From Asterionella formosa (taxonomy: Eukaryota), in contig NKIB01011728.1 in the NCBI GenBank assembly GCA_002256025.1, forward strand, positions 62,001 through 88,412: 26,412 nucleotides of DNA, given 5' to 3'. Position numbers and translations under genes: made by a program. Under the pieces are notes generated by a model, which did no database searches, was not told the origin of the DNA, and saw only the letters and a program-made list of their open reading frames with translations. Within the stretch, counting starts at the first letter, position 1. Each line of letters starts with the position of its first letter. This document shows, piece after piece, positions 22,048 through 26,412 of the stretch.

Positions 22048-22081
22048 TACTGGTAGGGCAAACCTACTGTTCGAGAGTACC
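22048..22081 (-). repeat. Inverted copy of the tandem-repeat core
   Basis: Reverse complement matches 20197-20230 at 29/34 positions, including an exact 18-mer (22050-22067 vs 20211-20228 and 20322-20339). Confidence 0.9.
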
Positions 22082-22202
22082 GACAAAGTATACAGTATTC
22101 TCACATGAATTTTTAGTTGGTACCAATGCGTATCATCATGAAACTTAGTTACTAATGAAGACGAAGTCATTTCATTCGATGACTGATGGTATTGGTTGAC
22201 AA

Positions 22203-25060
22203 ATGTTATCAGGTGCTACACAAAGGATCTATAACTGGTGTCCACTATGTGACTACAAAGTGAGGAAAAATCGGAAACCATCGAGATTGCATCACAATAT
22301 TTGCTCGAATCGTTCTTTCGTACCATTTGGTTGGTGTCGTGTTTGTTATCAAGAACACCAGCTAGATCCCTTCATCGTTGCATCTTCGGAATTCTGTTTC
22401 AAAACATCCTCTGAACACCTTAGCACGAGCAGACAAACATTGGAAGGCATTCAGCAACCAGCCTGTGATGTTTCTTTCCCCGAAGGAAATAATAGTTTCC
22501 AAGATGACGGTGACATTATCTCGACAGAGGACCGAGAAGAGACAATACAGTTTGAATCGATATCCGTAAAAACATACAATATTTTGAAAACAATGAACAA
22601 AGAAGGACTTTTAATGGATCAATCAAAGCATATTCCTCTGCCATACAACTTGTCTATCCCCAGTAGAGAAACAATAGCAATGGACCCAATCGAGTTAGAG
22701 GTAATGTTATTTATCAACGAACATTTCTTGCCACCATCATACTTTGATCTTATAATGAATTGGGCTTTCAAGGCTCGTGATGATGGCTATTTCCAGAAAA
22801 AGCAACGTGCACCATCCCATCAGACATTAAAAAAATTTAATGCATCATTTCCTCCAACTCTTAAAGGGGGGAAGTTTTTGTTAAAACAATGGCGAAGTGA
22901 ACCTAATTTAGGATTTTAACTACCCTGAACTCTGCATTATTTCGATCCTGTTGGTTCCATGCTACAAGATACTGACGTGATGCAACATTTTGTGTACTAC
23001 CCGCAAGAGAAACTCACAACTTGCGGAAAATGCATCTACGATGAAACTACTTCTGTAGAATGGTTTCACTCGGCTTTTAATGAATCCAACGCTTCAGAGG
23101 ATGGGAAACTAAAAGCTGTCCACCTATTTGTAGAAATTGGACTTTTCAGTGATGAATCCGCAATCGACAAAATGAAGAAACATTCTGAAAATCCATTGTT
23201 AATAACAATGCTCAATTTGTCTATCAAGTGCAGGAAAAAGGTGAAAGCATGGCAATTGGTGCCGTTGCTACATGATATAGAAGTTAGTGACATATACAAA
23301 AATTCAAATATATCAGATTTGAGTAAGGAACGGTTAGCTCAAAATCATTGGTCTACGGGATTTTTATTGGAACCATTTCGTGATCCAAACAAATGTTATG
23401 AATTGTTTGTTCATGGATTGGGTAAAACGAAAGTTTTCTTTCAAATTGGCATGATCATTGGTGATACAGATGAACACAACAAAATATGCAGTTTTCGAGG
23501 AGGGAATGGAAAATACAGACTACATACCTGTAGAGACTGTATAGTTACTACTCCGAACTCTGATAATCCATATGCAAAATTCGAACCACGCCTCGTGAGC
23601 TACACTAAACCATATCTGGAATGGGTTTTGAAAAACATTCATCATTCAGATGGAAAGTTACCAAATTTACCTGATTCCTTTGATATAAAGCAAAATCGCA
23701 GATATGCAACCAAAGATGAATGGTGTCGACAAATATCACAAAACACAGTTATTCCAGCCCTTTTCTACCACGATTTTGGTGGTGATAAGCAGGGAGTCCA
23801 TGATGCTACCTCTTTCGAAACTCTACAGCGATTTCTCATAGGAATGTTGACATAAATTCTAGAATCTCTGTACAATTACAGAGCAGTCACTGAAGTTTGG
23901 AAACAATTTAAGTGGAGTCCGATTTTACTATATTATTATGGTTAAGTATTTCATTGAATGACAATCTGAATATGGGTGTATACACCGAAGAATGAATAGG
24001 CATCATAGACAAACAAATTCGGAGGTATCTTGCTGTGACAAAAGCTATAACTGGTGAACAACGTGAATTGGTTTCTTCTCTTGCATACCGTATACCCAAG
24101 TTCCATGGAATGACTCATTATCCTCATTTGATTAAAAAATTTGGAACACCTATCAACTTCTTTGGTGGTATCCTGGAATCATTCTTGAACAAGAAATTAA
24201 AAGGGCCAAGTAAACAAGTCAATGGTCATGCACATCGTCTCCAACATGATATATTATTGAGGAGTTTTGAAGGAAGACAATATTCACTTGCCAGGAAAGT
24301 TCTCTTCCCCAGTGTTTACACCATGTCACTGTTGGTGAGCGACGGAGTTACTGATACAGTTCAATCAGATGAATCTGAATTTGAAGATACAGATTCGATA
24401 AATACTAGAAAGGAAGCAGAGGCATCCATTGTTGTGAAACCTAAACAATTATCTTTCTCAGCGGAGAAAGACCAATGTTAAATTTGGTACATTTCCGGCG
24501 GTATTAAGCAACTGTGTACACAACGAAAACGCTCAGATGGGACAGTATACTACAGTTTGTTTCACCCAGACAACGAACATGGTAAACCTGCCGTTTAGAA
24601 ACTTGTAAATTCTGCCGTACAGCGGTGCAAGGACAAAAATTCTACTGGAACTACATCTGTAGAGATAGATCGGATCAATTTCTATTATCATGTTACTGTA
24701 GTCTCCAAAGATGACGGTACGAAAACAATTTTAAGATGTAATCCAAAATAAAACAAACAGGACAAGAATCTTCATCAATTAAATTCTTGGTTTGATTCGG
24801 TTGAAGTGAATTGGGAAAGTCGAAATGGGAAAAATTACAGTGTACCAGAAAAATTACTTCTATCAATGGAGTAAAACTGATTTGAACCAAAAAACGTCGA
24901 CAGCCACTTTTGGTCCACTATAACTAAAGAACTAGTATGAGATTGCAATGTACAAGTTCAAACATTTCTTTCCTTTAATGCCAAGAAAGAACTATGTTTA
25001 AAAAGCAGATTTGTTATCAAATTACGAATGATCATCTCGAACCGTGTGATTACCCCATTT
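22203..25060 (+). mobile_element. Plavaka-type (CMC/CACTA-related) transposase pseudogene
   Basis: N-terminal CxxC..H zinc-finger-like motifs; IYDETTSVEWF; IGLFSDES (D); PLLITMLNL...R....AW; IIGDTDEH..IC (D); CRDC; RIPKFHGMTHYPHLIKKFG..NFFGGILES (E); C-terminal LRCNP...WFDSVEVNW...VPEK. In-frame stops at 22917, 22926, 23853 and 24479, plus a frameshift at ~23.9-24.0 kb. 3' limit approximate. Confidence 0.8.
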
Positions 25061-25593
25061 TTTTTAAGGTTGCTGTCTGTCAACCCCAAGGCAAAAATTA
25101 AAATATTGCTTAGGGTTGCCGAAATTCCCTGGAACTAAGAATTTATATGAGCTATTTTCGAATGACATGATTCCATTTGAAATATTCAGATAAGTGGAAT
25201 TTTGCGCATACGTACATAGATTCCTTTTCGAATTCGCTAAATATACATCTAGACATTGTACATCGCTAAATATACATGTATCAACAATTTTGTTTCTTGA
25301 ATACAACCCGGCAGCTAGGCAAATATTTGAAAGTGCACTCAAAGAATGGTACATGTATGATGTCCAATGATGATCATCTACTGGTACCCGTAGTAGATAT
25401 AGTACTGGCCTACCGGAACAATCAAGGAAATGTTACATGTGTATTCAATGTGGCTGCCGGTGTGGGTTTGCAATTCCTCGCACAATCAGACAGTGGTAAG
25501 TATTTCGCAATAGCCAATCATTACATATATAATATTCGCGCACTTACAATAAAATTTTTGGTACTGGAAATTTTGTGACTAAATATTGCATCA

Positions 25594-25996
25594 CAAGACT
25601 CTGATTCAGATGATGACATTTCAGTGATAAGTGGTTCTGATTCTGATATTTTGGAGATGGTAGAAAAGGCCGATTTTGTCGAATTTTCGGACAATGATAG
25701 CTCAACGTTCGCTGAGTCTGAAGGCGATTTAGATAAATAGGTAAGTTTCAAATAGCATCAATATATGACTTCTGGCGAGAAACTGCAGAAAGGAACTTCG
25801 GTTTTTATACTATGCCAAATTAAGTGATTTTCCCCCGAATTTTCGTGTCTTTTTAGCATAGTTAAGAAACCGAAGATCCTTTCTACAGTTTCTCGCCAGA
25901 TCCTATCTCCTGAAGATATATAGTGTTGACCTATACCCCTACTTTGTCCGAAGACTGTATGTAAGCATATGGAAAGGTTGTGTATTGGTGAAAGCT
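25594..25996 (+). pseudogene. Copy 2 of the unknown small gene remnant (paralog at 16511-16900)
   Basis: Protein-level alignment with synonymous-type differences; the last 44 nt (25953-25996) are 37/44 identical to 16857-16900. Confidence 0.6.
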
Positions 25997-26067
25997 CCGT
26001 TGAGCGTTATACATCTTGATTTTCTACGTAAATAGTAGCTGTTTGATTAGTCTGACTCAATATTTCT

Positions 26068-26098
26068 TTTCAACCCTACCTCAAGCTAGGGGTTGAAA
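26068..26098. repeat. Hairpin TTTCAACCC-N13-GGGTTGAAA
   Basis: Perfect 9-bp inverted repeat, 26068-26076 / 26090-26098. Confidence 0.6.
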
Positions 26099-26412
26099 TG
26101 CAGCAACCTCAAAGTTTTTTAAAGGTATTGCGTAAGAAAAGGCGAGGGAGGACATGAGACAGCATTCAAAGACAGACTCATGAATTCTTCGTCATGATAG
26201 GACAGTGATTCATAACATTATTACCGGTAATTATTTCTTTCTCTGATCGTGTCTGTGAATTTTTTGTCGGAATGACATACGCCTTAGGGTCGTTCTTATC
26301 ATTTTCGATTTGGTATCATTTTTTTTGAAAAAGTATCATGTAACGGCTACTCGATTTAAACCGAAAAAATCCATTCTCCACAAAAATAAAAATGAAATTG
26401 TATCACCAAAAA

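Noticed and set aside
16511..25996. LTR pair of a retrotransposon
   Set aside because: Copies are highly diverged with a protein-coding substitution pattern; no TG...CA ends, PBS/PPT or RT between them.
20193..26412. Complete CACTA/CACTG terminal inverted repeat pair for the Plavaka element
   Set aside because: CACTG starts the repeat core, but I found no matching right terminus or TSD in the window; the inverted copy at 22048-22081 lacks the CAGTG end.

Overview
Eukaryotic nuclear DNA, most likely from a diatom or related photosynthetic stramenopile. Evidence: short GT-AG introns, bipartite signal peptide + Phe plastid presequences, and PGR5. The left part (1-7350) is compact host DNA with two head-to-head gene pairs: a large spliced helical-repeat (OPR-like) protein running off the left edge paired with a secretory FKBP, and an unknown plastid protein paired with PGR5. 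About 4 kb of decayed, partly CpG-depleted sequence follows, including a tRNA-Ala-like relic, then an intact intronless PAS/HisKA/HATPase/REC hybrid histidine kinase with an atypical H-box. The right half (~13.8-26.4 kb) is a graveyard of DNA transposons: a Ginger/KRBA2-type DDE integrase, a Thr-rich repeat gene, a PIF/Harbinger transposase fragment and a Plavaka (CMC-related) transposase. The most interesting structure sits just upstream of the Plavaka transposase: a 2OG-Fe(II) dioxygenase gene with an intact HxD...H...R motif, bracketed by a ~110-bp tandem array and an inverted copy of the array's core. This echoes the fungal Plavaka/KDZ-TET/JBP association but with a dioxygenase that looks PhyH-like. 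Two diverged copies of an unknown small gene lie ~9.1 kb apart. Palindromic TACCWGGTA motifs cluster in putative promoters. All family calls come from motifs recognised by eye; no searches were run.
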